Source: Macrostomum lignano (taxonomy: Eukaryota). Taken from it: DNA of 64,000 nt. The DNA is taken from NCBI GenBank assembly GCA_002269645.1, contig NIVC01001731.1, positions 148,272 to 212,271 on the forward strand. Direction: 5' to 3'. How positions within the stretch are numbered: position 1 is the stretch's first letter; each line of letters begins with the position of its first letter. Positions 11,470-25,064 of the stretch are shown one piece after another. The translations under genes were made by a program, and so were the position numbers. The notes under the pieces are model-generated. The model saw only the letters and a list, made by a program, of their open reading frames with translations. It was not told the origin of the DNA and made no database searches.

Positions 11470-14400
11470 CCTTCTAACTCCAGTCAACACTTTCTCTACC
11501 CTCACTCCACCACTCCATCTTACCCTAACCTACTCTTATCTACTTATTCATCTATCTACCATTCTACCTTCATTTATCTAACCTCATCTATTTACCCTCA
11601 TCTATCTACACTTATCTACCCTCATCTACCCTCATCGATCTACTCATCTACTCTCACCTATGTACCCTTATCTATCCTCATCTACCTTCATCTATCTACC
11701 ATTATCTACCTTCCTCATCCACCCTCATCTCCCTTCATCTATCTACCCTCATCTATATAAGACTCATGTAACGCATAAACAAAAAGCAGAAATGCAGCGC
11801 CAGCCTCACCGCAGGTAGCGCCTCCGAGCCAGGAACATGCGCACCCAGGCCTGGATTCGGCAGGAGGCCCGTCGCATCGCCAGGTAGCGCTTGCGATAGA
11901 AATAGCCGCGCCAGCGCTTCTGAATCACTATGATCTTCTTCGTGAGCTGCCGGTCGCGCTCCTGTCGGTCGCAGAATGGTGATTCACATGGCGTGATGGA
12001 TTGTGGAATTCCTAATATTCACACATCACATATTCACATACTCACACAGCGTCGCACTCACAAAAATGATTCATTGATAAATACTTTCTGTGATTTCACA
12101 CCCCTTTGGGTTCACAGATTAACACAACTATAACTATGGCTTCACAGATTCACAAAAATATGGGTTCACAGATTCACATAACTATGGGTTTACAGATTCA
12201 CACAACTATGGGTTCACAGATTTACACAACTGTGGTTTCACAGATTCACACAACTATAACTATGGCTTCACAGATTCACAAAAATATGGGTTCACAGATT
12301 CACATAACTATGGGTTCACAGATTCACATAACTATGGGTTTACAGATTCACACAACTATGGGTTCACAGATTTACACAACTGTGGTTTCACAGATTCACA
12401 AAACTATAACTATGGCTTCACAGATTCACAAAAATATGGGTTCACAGATTCACAAAAATATGGGTTCACAGATTCACACAACTATGGGTTCACAGATTCA
12501 CACAACTGTGGGTTCACAGATTCACACAACTGTGGGTTCACAGATTCACACAACTATAACTATGGCTTCACAGATTCACAAAAATATGGGTTCACAGATT
12601 CACAAAAATATGGGTTCACAGATTCACATAACTATGGGTTCACAGATTCACACAACTATGGGTTCACAGATTCACACAACTGTGGGTTCACAGATTCACA
12701 CAACTATAACTATGGCTTCACAGATTCACAAAAATATGGGTTCACAGATTCACAAAAATATGGGTTCACAGATTCACATAACTATGGGTTTACAGATTCA
12801 CACAACTATGGGTTCACAGATTCACACAACTGTGGGCTCACAGATTCACACAACTATAACTATGGCTTCACAGATTCACACAACTATGGGTTCACAGATT
12901 CACACAACTGTGGGTTCACAGATTCACACAACTATAACTATGGCTTCACAGATTCACAAAAATATGGGTTCACAGATTCACAAAAATATGGGTTCACAGA
13001 TTCACATAACTATGGGTTTACAGATTCACACAACTATGGGTTCACAGATTCACACAACTGTGGGTTCACAGATTCACACAACTATAACTATGGCTTCACA
13101 GATTCACAAAAATATGGGTTCACAGATTCACAAAAATATGGGTTCACAGATTCACATAACTATGGGTTTACAGATTCACACAACTATGGGTTCACAGATT
13201 CACACAACTGTGGGTTCACAGATTCACACAACTATAACTATGGCTTCACAGATTCACACAACTATGGGTTCACAGATTCACACAACTATGGATTCACAGA
13301 TTAACACAACTATGGGTCCACAGATTCACAAAAATATGGGCTCACAGATTCACATAACTATGGGTTTACAGATTCACACAACTATGGGTTCACAGATTCA
13401 CACAACTGTGGGTTCACAGATTCACACAACTATAACTATGGCTTCACAGATTCACACAACTATGGGTTCACAGATTCACACAACTGTTGGGTTCACAGAT
13501 TCACAAAACTATAACTATGGCTTCACAGATTCACAAATATATGGGTACACAAATTCACAGAAATCAAGGTTCACAGATTTACAAAATATGGGTTCACAAA
13601 TTCAGAATTCAAGGTTCACAAATTCACAGAAATCAAGGTTCACTGATAATTTATTCACAAACCTAACAACAACCCTCACCTGCTCCAAGAAGACATCGTG
13701 AGCGTCCTTGAGAAACACCTTAGTCTTGCCCAGCTGCACATCCTGGCCGGACAGCACCTGCTTGCAGATAGTGGCGCAGGCCTCCCGAAGATTCCTGCAC
13801 ACTTTAGAAGTTGGAATCCCGTCCACTAGGACCCGGTACCGATCCACAAAGTCGGCAAACTGATGCCGGATGGGATAGCCAGCCCGGCGGATTCTGATGG
13901 TCTCCATCATGCCTGAGTACCTGAGCTGGCGGACGCACAGCTCCCGGTCAAAGGTCAGTGGCTTCTTCAACTCGTTCGGCTTGATGCAGCGAACAAAGAA
14001 TGGCTGACACTGGGTGAGAGTCTTCATCAGGGCTTCCAGAGATTTCTTGAATTGCAAACTCAAAGTCGGAGCTCGCTTCCTGGTCTCCACACCCTGCGGG
14101 AATGGCATTGTTCTCAGTAAGATCTTTGTTAATAAAAGTACATCAATGACAGACAAAAGTACATCTTTGTATTGCTGTCTTAAATTTTATTAAAGCAGGA
14201 CAGGACAGAGACAGAAAGAGAGAGGAGGGATTTAGTGCAGAAACTTTCAGTATTTGCATTGCACACTACTACTGAGCTGAGCAATCAGTAGTATATTTAG
14301 TGCATCCGTTTATATATATACGCACATGTATTTTTAGTAACTCAAAACAAGAAATTTGACAACAAAAGCTGCATAAAAATGTTCCGTTAAAGACAAACGC

Positions 14401-17400
14401 GACACCCACTCTTTGTTGGCCATCCTGGAATTACACGAATATTTCAGCAAATCTTTAATCAATTATTATCGAAGCATTTCAAATATGCTAAGCTTACTAC
14501 TACTTACATTGTATTTGTAAGTAGCAATCCATGTTTACATTTACACCTTTAATATTCGAGAATCGTTTAGTTTCAAAAATTAAATGCAGTAAAAATAATT
14601 AGAAATACTTACAAACTAGTTTGAGATACTTCACCAACACCACTGGCTACTGAGAGTAATAAGCAGAGGGTTATGATTGACTACAAGGTTAGTGACTTGA
14701 AAAAATATTTAATTAAAAGACCAATAAAGGAAATAAGTGTAAAAAAACAAAAGGTAACTCTAATTCGTAACCCTTTTTACCCGATATTCCATGAACCCGA
14801 TATTCCACGAACCCAATACTTCATGAACCCGATAGTCCATGAACCCGATATTCCACGAACCCGATACTTCATGAACCCGATAGTCCATGAACCCGATACT
14901 TGATGAACTCGATACTTGATGAACCCGATAGTCCATGAACCCGATAGTCCATGAACCCGATAGTCCATGAACCCGATATTCCATGAACCTGATACTTGAT
15001 GAACCCGATAGTCCATGAACCCGATATTCCACGAAACCGATACTTCATGAACCCGATAGTCCATGAACCCGATAGTCCATGAACCCGATAGTCCATGAAC
15101 CCGATATTCCACGAACCCGATACTTCATGAACCCGATACTTGATAAACCCGATAGTCCATGAACCCGATATTCCACGAACCCGATACTTCATGAACCCGA
15201 TATTCCACGAACCTGATACTTGATGAACCCGATAGTCCATGAACCCGATATTCCACGAACCCGATACTTGATGAACTCGATACTTGATGAACCCGATACT
15301 TGATGAACCCGATACTTCATGAACCCCATACTTCATGAGCTCGATATTCCATGAACCCGATATTCCACGAACCCGATACTTCATGAACTCGATACTTGAT
15401 GAACCCGATACTTCATGAACCCCATATTTAATGAACTCGATACTTCATAAAACCGATACTTCATGAACCTGATATTTAATGAACCCGAGCTTCCATAAAC
15501 CCGATATTTAATGAACCTGATACTCCATGAACCCGATATTTAATGAACCTGATACTCCATGAACCCGATATTTAATGAACCCGAACTTCCATGAACCAGG
15601 ACAAACGGCAGTTTTCAACACTCACCATAGCAAAGTCCCTGGCAAACAGACTCTTCAGGAACTTATTGCTGCTCTCCTGAATCAGCTTGACCAGATCAGC
15701 GCTGAAGGTGTCCCTGTTCTTGTCCAAGAATCCCTGGGCACTGTAGTACACGTCTCCCGCGAAATGCCGCAACCCGAAAGCTTTGGTAACGGCGGCTCTC
15801 GGCTGCAGGTAGAGCGAATTAGACGAGTGATTCTGGTGCAGCTTGTGCAGCATCGTGTCGTCTGTGCCCTTGGGGAACTTGGCCTCCTCATCAACCAGCG
15901 ACAGGATATTCATAGGCTTAACAGCGATCAAATCCAGCGTGTCCTGGTTATCAATGAACTCGATGTGTTTCCAAGAAATGCCCTCCGAGTTGTACTCCTC
16001 CTGCTCCAGTTTGAAGATGTGCCTAACAAAGAACTGCTGCAAATTCTCGTTGGCAAAGTTGATGCACAACTGTTCAAAGCTGTTAACGCCGAAATTTTCG
16101 AAGCCGAAAATGTCCAGCACGCCAATAGAGTTCTGATAGTACTTCTCGGCGGACCGGCCCTTGTAGATCGCCGCGTTGATTTTGATAACAATCCACACAA
16201 ACAGTCTGCCATAGATACCCTTGACCAGGGCGTCCTTGACATCCGTGGCGTAGTCTACAGACATCGGCGAGGTGACTGTGTCGCCTCTAGTGAAGATGGT
16301 CTTGGTGGTCAGGGCGTCGCGAAGGTTGACGGGGTTGCAGCCCAGGAGCCGGGCCGCTCTGGCCAGCTCCCTGTCGCCGACCACCTCGCTGGCATCGATG
16401 TTGTCCACCACGGTCGATGCGTAGCGAACGTTGCCTAGGTGCAGAATTGCGGCTAACAAGCCGTGGATGTCCAAGGAGTCCCCGTCGCTGAAGTTTAACA
16501 CCTGGATTGGAAGGATAGGTAGATTGTGGAAAATAGCACATAATGAACCCCTAGACAATCCCAACCCCAATCCCACAGAATCCCACACGCAATCCTACAG
16601 AATCCCAACCCCAATCCTACAGAATCCCACACCCAATCCCAGAATCCCACACCCAATCCCACAGAATCCAATACCCAATCTCACACCCAATCCCACAGAA
16701 TCCCACACCCAATTCCCTAGAATCCCACACCAATCCCAACAGAATCCAATACCCAATTTCACACCCAATCCCACAGAATCCCACACCCAATCCCAGAATC
16801 CCACACCCAATCCCACAGAATCCCACACCCAATCCCACAGAATCCAATACCCAAATCCCACACCCAATCCCACAGAATCCCACACCCAATCCCACAGAAT
16901 CCAATACCCAAATCCCACATCCAATCCTACAGAATCCCACACCCAATCCCACAGAATCCCACACCAATCCCACAGAATCCAATACCCAATCCTACAGAAT
17001 CCCACACCCAGTCCCACAGAATCCCACACTCAATCTCACAGAATCCCACACCCAATCCTACAGAATCCCACACCCAATTCCCTAGAATCCCACACTCAAT
17101 CTCACAGAATCCCACAGAATCCCACACCCAATCCCACAGAATCCCACACCCAATCCCACAGAATCCCACACCCAATTCCCTAGAATCCCACACCAATCCC
17201 AACAGAATCCAATACCCAATTTCACACCCAATCCCACAGAATCCCACACCCAATCCCAGAATCCCACACCCAATCCCACAGAATCCCACACCCAATCCCA
17301 CAGAATCCCACACTCAATCTCACAGAATCCCACAGAATCCCACACCCAATCCCACAGAATCTTATACAAAATCCCACAGAATCTCACAGAATCGCCAACC

Positions 17401-20400
17401 CCAAGCCCCAGCCTTGCGCACCTTCATGGCGCTCTTGATGCCAGCGTACTCCATAGCATCGTCGCGGCCGTCAACACAGACATCACCACCCTGCACCAGG
17501 TAGTGGTACTCGCTGGCCTGGCCCAGCTCCAGCGCTGACCGCTCCTGAGGTGTCATGCCGGCCAGCATGCAGTAGAAGATATGATAGTTCCTCTCGCCCT
17601 GGGCCTGAGTAACTATGCGCGACTTCTCCAGCAGGTACTGCTCAATCTTGGCGCCCTCTATGCACCACTTGGCGTTGAAGTGGATGTCGATGTACTTGCC
17701 GAAACGAGACGAGTTGTCGTTTCGGATCGTCTTGGCGTTGCCGAAGGCTGAGAAGATTGGAATCAATGTTGAGAATTAAGGATCTCAGAATCTCACTCAC
17801 AATATAGGAAATTAGATCTCAGAATCTCACTCACAATATGCGAGATCTCAGAATCTCACTCACAATATGCGAGATTAGATCTTAGAATCTCACTCACAAT
17901 ATGCGAGATTAGATCTTAGAATCTCACTCATAATATGCGAGATTAGACCTTAGAATCTCACTCACAATATGCGAGATTAGATCTTAGAATCTCACTCACA
18001 ATATGCGAGATTAGATCTTAGAATCTCACTCACAATATGCGAGATTAAATCTCAGAATCTCACTCACTCACAATATGCGAGATTAGATCTTAGAATCTCA
18101 CTCACTCACAATATGCGAGATTAGATCTCAGAATCTCACTCACTCACAATATGGAAGATTAGATCTCAGAATCTCACTCGCTCACAATATGCGAGATCTC
18201 AAAATCTCACTGAAATCAAGACAAATGGCAAAGAATCCTCACCTTCCATAATAGGATTGGAGTCTAAAATCTGCTGCTCAATCCAGGAGTGCTGACCAGA
18301 CACGGCCGCTAGGAACTGCAGGATCAATTTGGTGCTCTCGGTTTTGCCGGCGCCGCTCTCGCCGCTGATGATGATGCACTGGTCCCGCTGGTACCGCCGC
18401 ATATTGTTGTAGGCGTTGTCGCCGATCGCGAAAATGTGCGGCGGCAACTCGCCAATTTTCTTGTCGCGATAGGCCTGGGGGGGGGGGTTCGGAGGTTTAC
18501 AGGGAGCGATTTCAATGGGGTGTCAGTGGCCTGGTCAGGAGGCTGATTCTAACGATGTGTCAGGAAAGAGTTTTTTAGAATTCATTAAGAAAGCGTCAGA
18601 AGGCGATTTCTAAGAAGTGTGTCAGGAAGCGATTTCTAAGAAGTGTGTCAGGAAGCGATTTCTAAGAAGTGTGTCAGGAAGCGATTTCTAAGAAGTGTGT
18701 CAGGAAGCGACTTCTAAGAACTTCAGAGGGTTCTTAGAAAATGTCTGGAAGCGATTATTTCTAAGAAAGTAAGAAGACGATTTTTAGAAAACGTCTGGAA
18801 GCGATAATTTTTAAGAAAGTAAGAAGACGATTCTTAGAAAGTGTCAGGAAGCGATTTGTTAGATATTGTCAGAAAGTAATTTCCAAGTATCAAAAGACAA
18901 TTTCTTAGAAAGTGTCAGGGAGCGATTGCTAAGAAGTATCAGAGGTATTTCTTGGAAAGTTTCTGGAGCCGACTTTAAAGTGTCAAACGATTTCGAAGAA
19001 ATGTGTCAGAAGACGATTTCTCAGAAACTATTAACACATGCCGTTTCTAAGAAACGAGAAAGATGCAATTTTTAAAACTATCGGGATGCAATTTCTAGGA
19101 AACTGATAACAGTTTCAAAGAAACTGTCGACACGCAATTTCTAAGAAACAGACAATACGCTATTTTATTTGAAAATCTTTAAGGCTGTCAGAAGACATAT
19201 CAGTACCTGTCAATCAGTCAAATGCTCACCTTAATCTGCTCAGCCGTGTAAATTGGCAAGACCTGATACGGATTAACTGCCACCAGAATGGAACCCGTAT
19301 AGGTGTAGATCAGTTTCTGATTGTATCTAATTAGCAGGTTGCGAAGAATGCCGCCCTCGTTGAGATCTGTCAAACTGATCATGTCCTCGACTCCGTTGAC
19401 TACAGAGGCGTGCATGTGCCTGATCTTCATGCCGGGCCGCAGCCAGAATTCCTGTGGTGGAATCGGGGTAGCAGTGGCAGTCTACAGCCTACCGTAATGT
19501 ACTTTTACAATAATGATGTAATGTAGGGCGCTAATTAGCTAAAATATAGATGTAGATATATGCCTAAACACATCCACAGAACACTACCAATCTACCCTAG
19601 ACACTAAAAATCTACCCGAAACACTACCAACCTACCCTAAAACTACCAACCTACCCCAAACACTACTATTCTACCCCAAACACTACCAATCAACCCCAAA
19701 CACTACCAACCTACCCGTAAACACTACCAATCTACTCTAAACACCAGCAACCTACCATAAACACTACCAATCTAACCCAAACAGTACCAACCTACCCCAA
19801 ACACTACCAATCTACCCTAAACACTACCAACCTACCCCAAACACTACCAATCTACCCTAAACACTACCAACCTACCCCAAACACTACCAATCTGCCCCAA
19901 ACACTACCAATCTACCCCAAACACTACCAACCTACCCCAAATCCTACCAATCTACCCCAAACCCTACCAATCTACCCCAAACCCTACCAATCTACCCTAA
20001 ACACTACCAATCTGCCCCAAACACTACCAATCTACCCCAAACACTACCAACCTACCCCAAACACTACTATTCTACCCCAAAACATGACCTATCTACCCCA
20101 AACACTATCAATCTACATCAAATTGCTGCTAAACCTCTTAAACCGATACTCACCTTGCCATCATCGTCAATGACCTGAATCTGGCCAGACGCTGAGTACT
20201 TCACTCTGGCGCCAATCGGTACATCGAAAGGACCCGGCTTGTCCGGCTCAATCCAAATGTGATCGCCCTGTGAAAATTGTTTTGATTAATTCAAATGGAT
20301 TTTAGAGGTCTGAAGTTCTAGAACAGCTATTTAAAGCAGAACATGCAGATTTTCAAACACTAAATAGACCACAGAATATATTCTGTGAAATAGACTTTAA

Positions 20401-23006
20401 AATGGAAATAAATGAAGGGGTTTGGTTTTTATACTACTTTCTTTCAAGGGCGTATCGTAGCAAATAACCGTCGGATTTTGCAATAAGACGTCAAAAAGTC
20501 GGTTTTGGCCATAGACTAAAACTCCATCACAGAAGCTTTACATCCAGTGTTTTGGTGGTACAGCGTTTTGCCATGCTAAGCTGAAATCCTATAAAGTAAA
20601 ATGAGGTTCTACCATAGACTTAAAGACTACAGACACAGTAAACTTCCCTAGCTCTTAAAAACCAAATCTAATATAGATAAAAATGATGTTTTAATGTTAA
20701 AATTGTTTAAAACCTATATTTCCTATAGACTTACAACTTTGGATATCAGTTTTCTAACTTTTAAGATCAGAGTTTATTAGTAAGTTTTTTTTCGAAAAAT
20801 GGTTGACGAAGCAAAAAAACAACAGAAAACTCATACTAACAAGAATATTATCATACCGGCCTTCAAAAAATTCTTAGAAACCAGCCATCTACGGAGAAGT
20901 CACAGTTTTTAACTAACCTGGCGAATAATTACAGTTTTAGCAGACAGAGGCAACCGATGATGCCCCAGCGTGGATGCTGAGCTTGAAGAAGCTCGAGAGG
21001 ACGTCCGCTTCACCAGCTGCAGCATCTGTGAGCAAACCAGGAAGCTTGGGGAGGGGCCGCAGATTCTGTCCAAGAGTTCTAATCTTTCAAACCGGTGCGA
21101 TAGAGCTGCCCAAGGCTGCACCAACTTATATATTCAGGATTGCGACCTTGCAGCCTTGAATCTCCGCTGTCTAAACCAGGCACCGCTTCTACCGAGAGCC
21201 TATAAAAAAGATCTTCAATTATTTAGGCTGACTAGGGGCTAATTAATTATTTATTTATGCGGCGACGGCAGAGACTGGCTGAGGAACAGAGGTAATTGAG
21301 TTTTGGCCACCTGTCTATCTCTGCCTGTTTCTATTTCTATTGTATTCTGAAACTCTCAAGCAGACACTGAAACCCTGACAAGGACTGGTTCCAGCGATTC
21401 CGACAGAGTCATTTTATCATTTTAGTCTTAAAGAGATTAAAAAAATAGCTAAACAAATTTTGGCATCACGTGACACTAGATTAAACACTACAGTTTCTTC
21501 AACTCGACCTTTTAAGCTTTACTACTGTAAGTTGTATCACTAGCTTGTGCGACTAAAATATCCTATGTAAACTCATTGCAATGAGCTGGTTGAATGATCA
21601 ACTTCAGATCCAAGGTATATGACCAACTTTTGATGAATGACAATGGATAGACTGACAGGCTGATGACCAACACAAATGACCAGTTGATGACCAACACAAA
21701 TGACCAGTTGATGACCAACTAAATGTGACCGGTGGGTGACCAACTAAATTTGACCGGCTGATGACCAAATAATATGACAGATTTATGAGCAATTCTAAAT
21801 GACTAGCAATGGATCGCAATATAAAATCAGACAGTGTGGTCAGCATAAAAAAACGCTAAGAGCATTAAAACTTCGAGTGCTACAGAAATATCGATAGAGC
21901 AACTCAATTTAATGGTACGCTCGCTACAAGACATTCGATATTAACTATATGGCCCACTGTATATTAGAACTAGCAGTTGAAAAAAACTATAAGGGCTGAC
22001 AAAAGCTTTTAAGCATTTAATGCTTGGGTTAGGGTAGGCAAAACAAAAGTACAAGCTAGGGGGGGGGGCAGCCCAGCGGTAAACTTGTCCGACTCTCCCG
22101 CCAGTGACCCCTGGTTCGATTCCGGAGCGGCCACGTTTATTTGGGGCTTGTGGGCATGAAAACTGGCTAACCACCAAAGCACAGAGAGTAAACAAGCCGC
22201 TGAACATGTGTGAGCGATGCCTGCATGTGTATTCGTGCGCGTGGGGCTGCTCAGGTGGGCTCAGGCGGAATGAGCATGACTACTTGCCTCCTAGCTAGCT
22301 AACGAACGAACAAACAAACAAACTGACTAACTACCTGACTAACTGACTAACTAACATACTAACTATTTAACTAGCTAACTAATTAACTAACAAACATACT
22401 AACTAATTAACTAGCTAACTAACTAACTGACTAACTAACTAGCTAACTAACTAACTAACTAACTAACTAACTGACTAACTAACTAGCTAACTAACTAACT
22501 AACTAACTAACATACTAACTAACTAACTGACTGACTAACTAACTAACTAACTAACTAACTGACTGACTAACTAACTAACTAACTAACTAACTGACTAACT
22601 AACTAGCTAACTAACTAACTAACATACTAACTAACTAACTAACAAACATACTAACTATTTAACTAGCTAACTAATTAACTAACAAACATACTAACTAATT
22701 AACTAGCTAACTAACTAACTGACTAACTAACTAGCTAACTAACTAACTAACTAACTAACTAACTGACTAACTAACTAGCTAACTAACTAACTAACTAACT
22801 AACTGACTGACTAACTAACTAACTAACTAACTAACTGACTGACTAACTAACTAACTAACTAACTGACTAACTAACTAGCTAACTAACTAACTAACATACT
22901 AACTAACTAACTAACAAACATACTAACTATTTAACTAGCTAACTAATTAACTAACAAACATACTAACTAATTAACTAGCTAACTAACTAACTGACTAACT
23001 AACTAG

Positions 23007-23040
<34 letters not shown>

Positions 23041-23054
23041 GACTAACTAACTAG

Positions 23055-23087
<33 letters not shown>

Positions 23088-23628
23088 ATACTAACTAACT
23101 AACTGACTGACTAACTAACTAACTAACTAACTAACTGACTAACTAACTAACTAACTAACTAACTGACTAACTAACTAGCTAACTAACTAACTAACATACT
23201 AACTAACTAACTGACTGACTAACTAGCTAACTAACTAACTAACTAACTAACTAACTGACTAACTAACTAACTAACTAGCTAACGAACTAACTTATTAACT
23301 TACAGACTAACTAGCAAGTTAATTGATTAAGCAGCGAAACAAAAACCCGATATAACATTTATCCATTCCCTACAGGAAAACTGTCATATTTCCAGGCATT
23401 TAAGCATGCTCTTGATTTTTAGAAAACAACAATTAAACACACGATAGCAAATAAATGGAAAAAGTGACTTATAAAATCATAAACGGGAAACCAACTGCTA
23501 AAGCTACAAAAGCACTGCCTACACAGATTCAAAAGTGCATTCAGCCGCGATAATAACGGTGTTAATTAAACTTTTGAAATAAAAACGAAACACACATAGG
23601 TAATTCTTACCTCGTGAAGCACAACCAT
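9641..23628 (-). CDS. MYO7A: Myosin VIIa (motor, IQ neck, start of SAH/coiled region); 3' part lost at assembly gap
   Basis: Phase-consistent GT-AG exons: 23628-23611 (MVVLHE), 20267-20154 (GDHIWIEP), 19451-19230 ([33 protein letters not shown]), 18474-18243 (LPPHIFAI, P-loop [12 protein letters not shown]), 17747-17422 ([18 protein letters not shown]), 16501-15626 ([26 protein letters not shown]), 14093-13680 ([27 protein letters not shown]), 11961-11810 and 11286-10959 (IQ motifs), 9746-9641. The MVxLxx-GDHxW start and [15 protein letters not shown] are class VII features. Confidence 0.95.
10215..10870. repeat. Degenerate GATAGAACAAAG-type purine-rich array (myosin intron)
   Basis: Recurrent GGATAGAAC. 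Confidence 0.85.
11416..11760. repeat. (CT)n followed by a degenerate ATCTACC array (myosin intron)
   Basis: About 25 CT units, then CATCTATCTACC-like units. Confidence 0.85.
12106..13650. repeat. 24/30-bp minisatellite with higher-order structure (myosin intron)
   Basis: ACTATGGGTTCACAGATTCACACA with a periodic 30-bp variant. Confidence 0.95.
14780..15595. repeat. 16-bp minisatellite (myosin intron)
   Basis: GAACCCGATAGTCCAT and variants. Confidence 0.95.
16556..17395. repeat. 22-bp (2 x 11) minisatellite (myosin intron)
   Basis: GAATCCCACACCCAATCCCACA. Confidence 0.95.
17780..18210. repeat. 34-bp minisatellite (myosin intron)
   Basis: GATCTTAGAATCTCACTCACAATATGCGAGATTA. Confidence 0.95.
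18585..19150. repeat. 26-bp minisatellite with degenerate tail (myosin intron)
   Basis: GAAGCGATTTCTAAGAAGTGTGTCAG. Confidence 0.85.
19580..20120. repeat. 20-bp minisatellite (myosin intron)
   Basis: ACACTACCAATCTACCCCAA. Confidence 0.95.
20918..21025 (-). CDS. Candidate alternative first coding exon of myosin VII (36 aa, ends KTVIIRQ)
   Basis: Pyrimidine-rich CAG acceptor directly before ATG at 21025; open 108 nt; phase-0 donor GTTAGT; last residues resemble the canonical MVVLHE/MVILQQ exon and join in frame to GDHIW. Confidence 0.5.
21655..21770. repeat. Short 24-bp tandem repeat
   Basis: GATGACCAACACAAATGACCAGTT, about 3 copies plus decayed flanks. Confidence 0.7.
22059..22295 (+). mobile_element. 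Diverged copy of the same tRNA-derived SINE
   Basis: GCAGCCCAGCGG, GGTTCGATTCC, ATTTGGGGCT, GCCGCTG..GTGTGAG..TGCCTGC and CTGCTCAGG..GGCGGAATG blocks colinear with the 62.9-kb copy. Confidence 0.78.
22296..23300. repeat. (CTAA)n microsatellite with ~270-290-bp higher-order repeat
   Basis: Marker TATTT recurs at 22364, 22656 and 22928 with identical flanking variants. Confidence 0.95.
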
Positions 23629-24744
23629 GCTTGCTGGCGCTTGACTTCTAGATTTTTTTCTAAATCTTTTAAATAATCTTTAATAGGTGACTGCCAGACA
23701 GATGGTCGCCTGTAAAAAAACAGCGATAAGAAGATGTTTTGGAATAAAAAAATATGTTTTTTGCCAATAATTTGCAAATTCAATGGTGAAAAAATATCTA
23801 TCTAGCCGGCACACAAGGGCGGTCCGGTCTCTCGAGTGTAGGCGTTGACAAAATCTGGGTGTGTTGCAGAAAATTTGAAAAAGAAAAAGAGAGAATATAA
23901 GGACAGAATTCTGAATGAGAGTCTGAGAACTAAGTTGGCACAGCCTCACAGCTCAATGACCAATATGCCAGAATACCAGTGTACTCTGCACTGCCGTTGC
24001 GGGGGTAGAAATGGGGACGGGGTAGACAGAGGGAGAGAGAGAGAGAGAGAAAAGAAAAGGGCGAGTCGAAAGAATTGATATAACAAAATATGAAAACGTT
24101 TCTTAACAATTCAGCATTGTAAGAGCCGAGTGCAGAGCTGAAACCGGCCATATAAGCTTTGCATTCACTCTGTGCTCACCGAGTAGCTCACATAAATAAG
24201 TATAGATCGCAGAGTATGCTCCACAACTGGACTCAGAGCACAGCCTTGGATTTTCTGCACGCCCAATTCTCTCACACACTGAGCAATGCAGCAGAGGCCC
24301 TTCAAGCCTTCAGCTCAGCAATACAATTTAACGAACATTCTTCTACAAGAAGCAGCGCGTATTAAGAGTTAAACCGCCACCGCCTCACTCCATTTTTTCT
24401 AACCCATGCTGAGGGCCGCAGCGGTCTCTCACGGCTAATGTGTGTGCGTATTTAACGCACTTTTGCATTAAGAACAGCTCGAAGAAAAATCTCGACAAAA
24501 GAAAAATAGTTTTGAGCAAGTGATCCGAAATGCAGTTTTCAATCATGTTCGAAGTTTTAAAATATATGCTCAAATTCACAATTTTTCAACACAGACGAAT
24601 CAAGTACATCTGCATTAAACAGATTAGCATCAGTAAATTTGCAGAACAAGTGACATCATTATCTAGAACAGTAGTCGGCAAAACTTTTTTACTTCAAGGG
24701 CCAGATAGAGAGCCTAGCGCATGACTGCGGGTTAGAGAACGGGA

Positions 24745-24960
24745 GAGAGGAGACTCAGGAGAGGGAACAGAGATTAGAGAGTAGAGATAGGAGAAAGGAG
24801 AGGTGAGAGAATAAATGAGAAGTAAGGAGACGAGAGTAGGGGGGGGAAGAAGAGAGGAAAGGAGTGGAGATAAGAGAAAGGAGAAGGGAGAAAAGACAAG
24901 AGAGAGGAGAGAAGAGAAAGAAGAGAGGAGATTAGAGAGAAGAGAGCTGAGAAGAGACGC
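24745..24960. repeat. AG-rich low-complexity tract
   Basis: Nearly all purines. Confidence 0.8.
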
Positions 24961-25064
24961 AAACCCTAAGTGAACCAGATTGCCATTGTGAAGTTTTAAA
25001 GAAAACGATAGTCATAGAAGCTGATGAGGTCTGGTTTACCGACACCTTTAACACCTTGGCTTGG

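Noticed and set aside
12106-13701. 531-aa ORF (MGSQIHTT repeats)
   Set aside because: Produced by a 24/30-bp array whose units are multiples of 3; it lies antisense inside a myosin intron
14673-15384. Repetitive ORFs here and at 16595-17387, 25056-26022, 36847-37895, 45569-47561, 48755-49406, 59131-59895 and 60467-60979
   Set aside because: All follow minisatellite or microsatellite periodicity
15575-16438. 287-aa plus-strand ORF and similar shadows (10962-11336, 33119-33517, 39281-39793, 58777-59061, 60991-61473)
   Set aside because: Antisense shadows of GC3-rich exons of identified genes
22059-22135. tRNA gene candidates (also 62860-62929 and 53819-53880)
   Set aside because: A and B boxes are present but there is no closing acceptor stem; the first two continue into a shared SINE body
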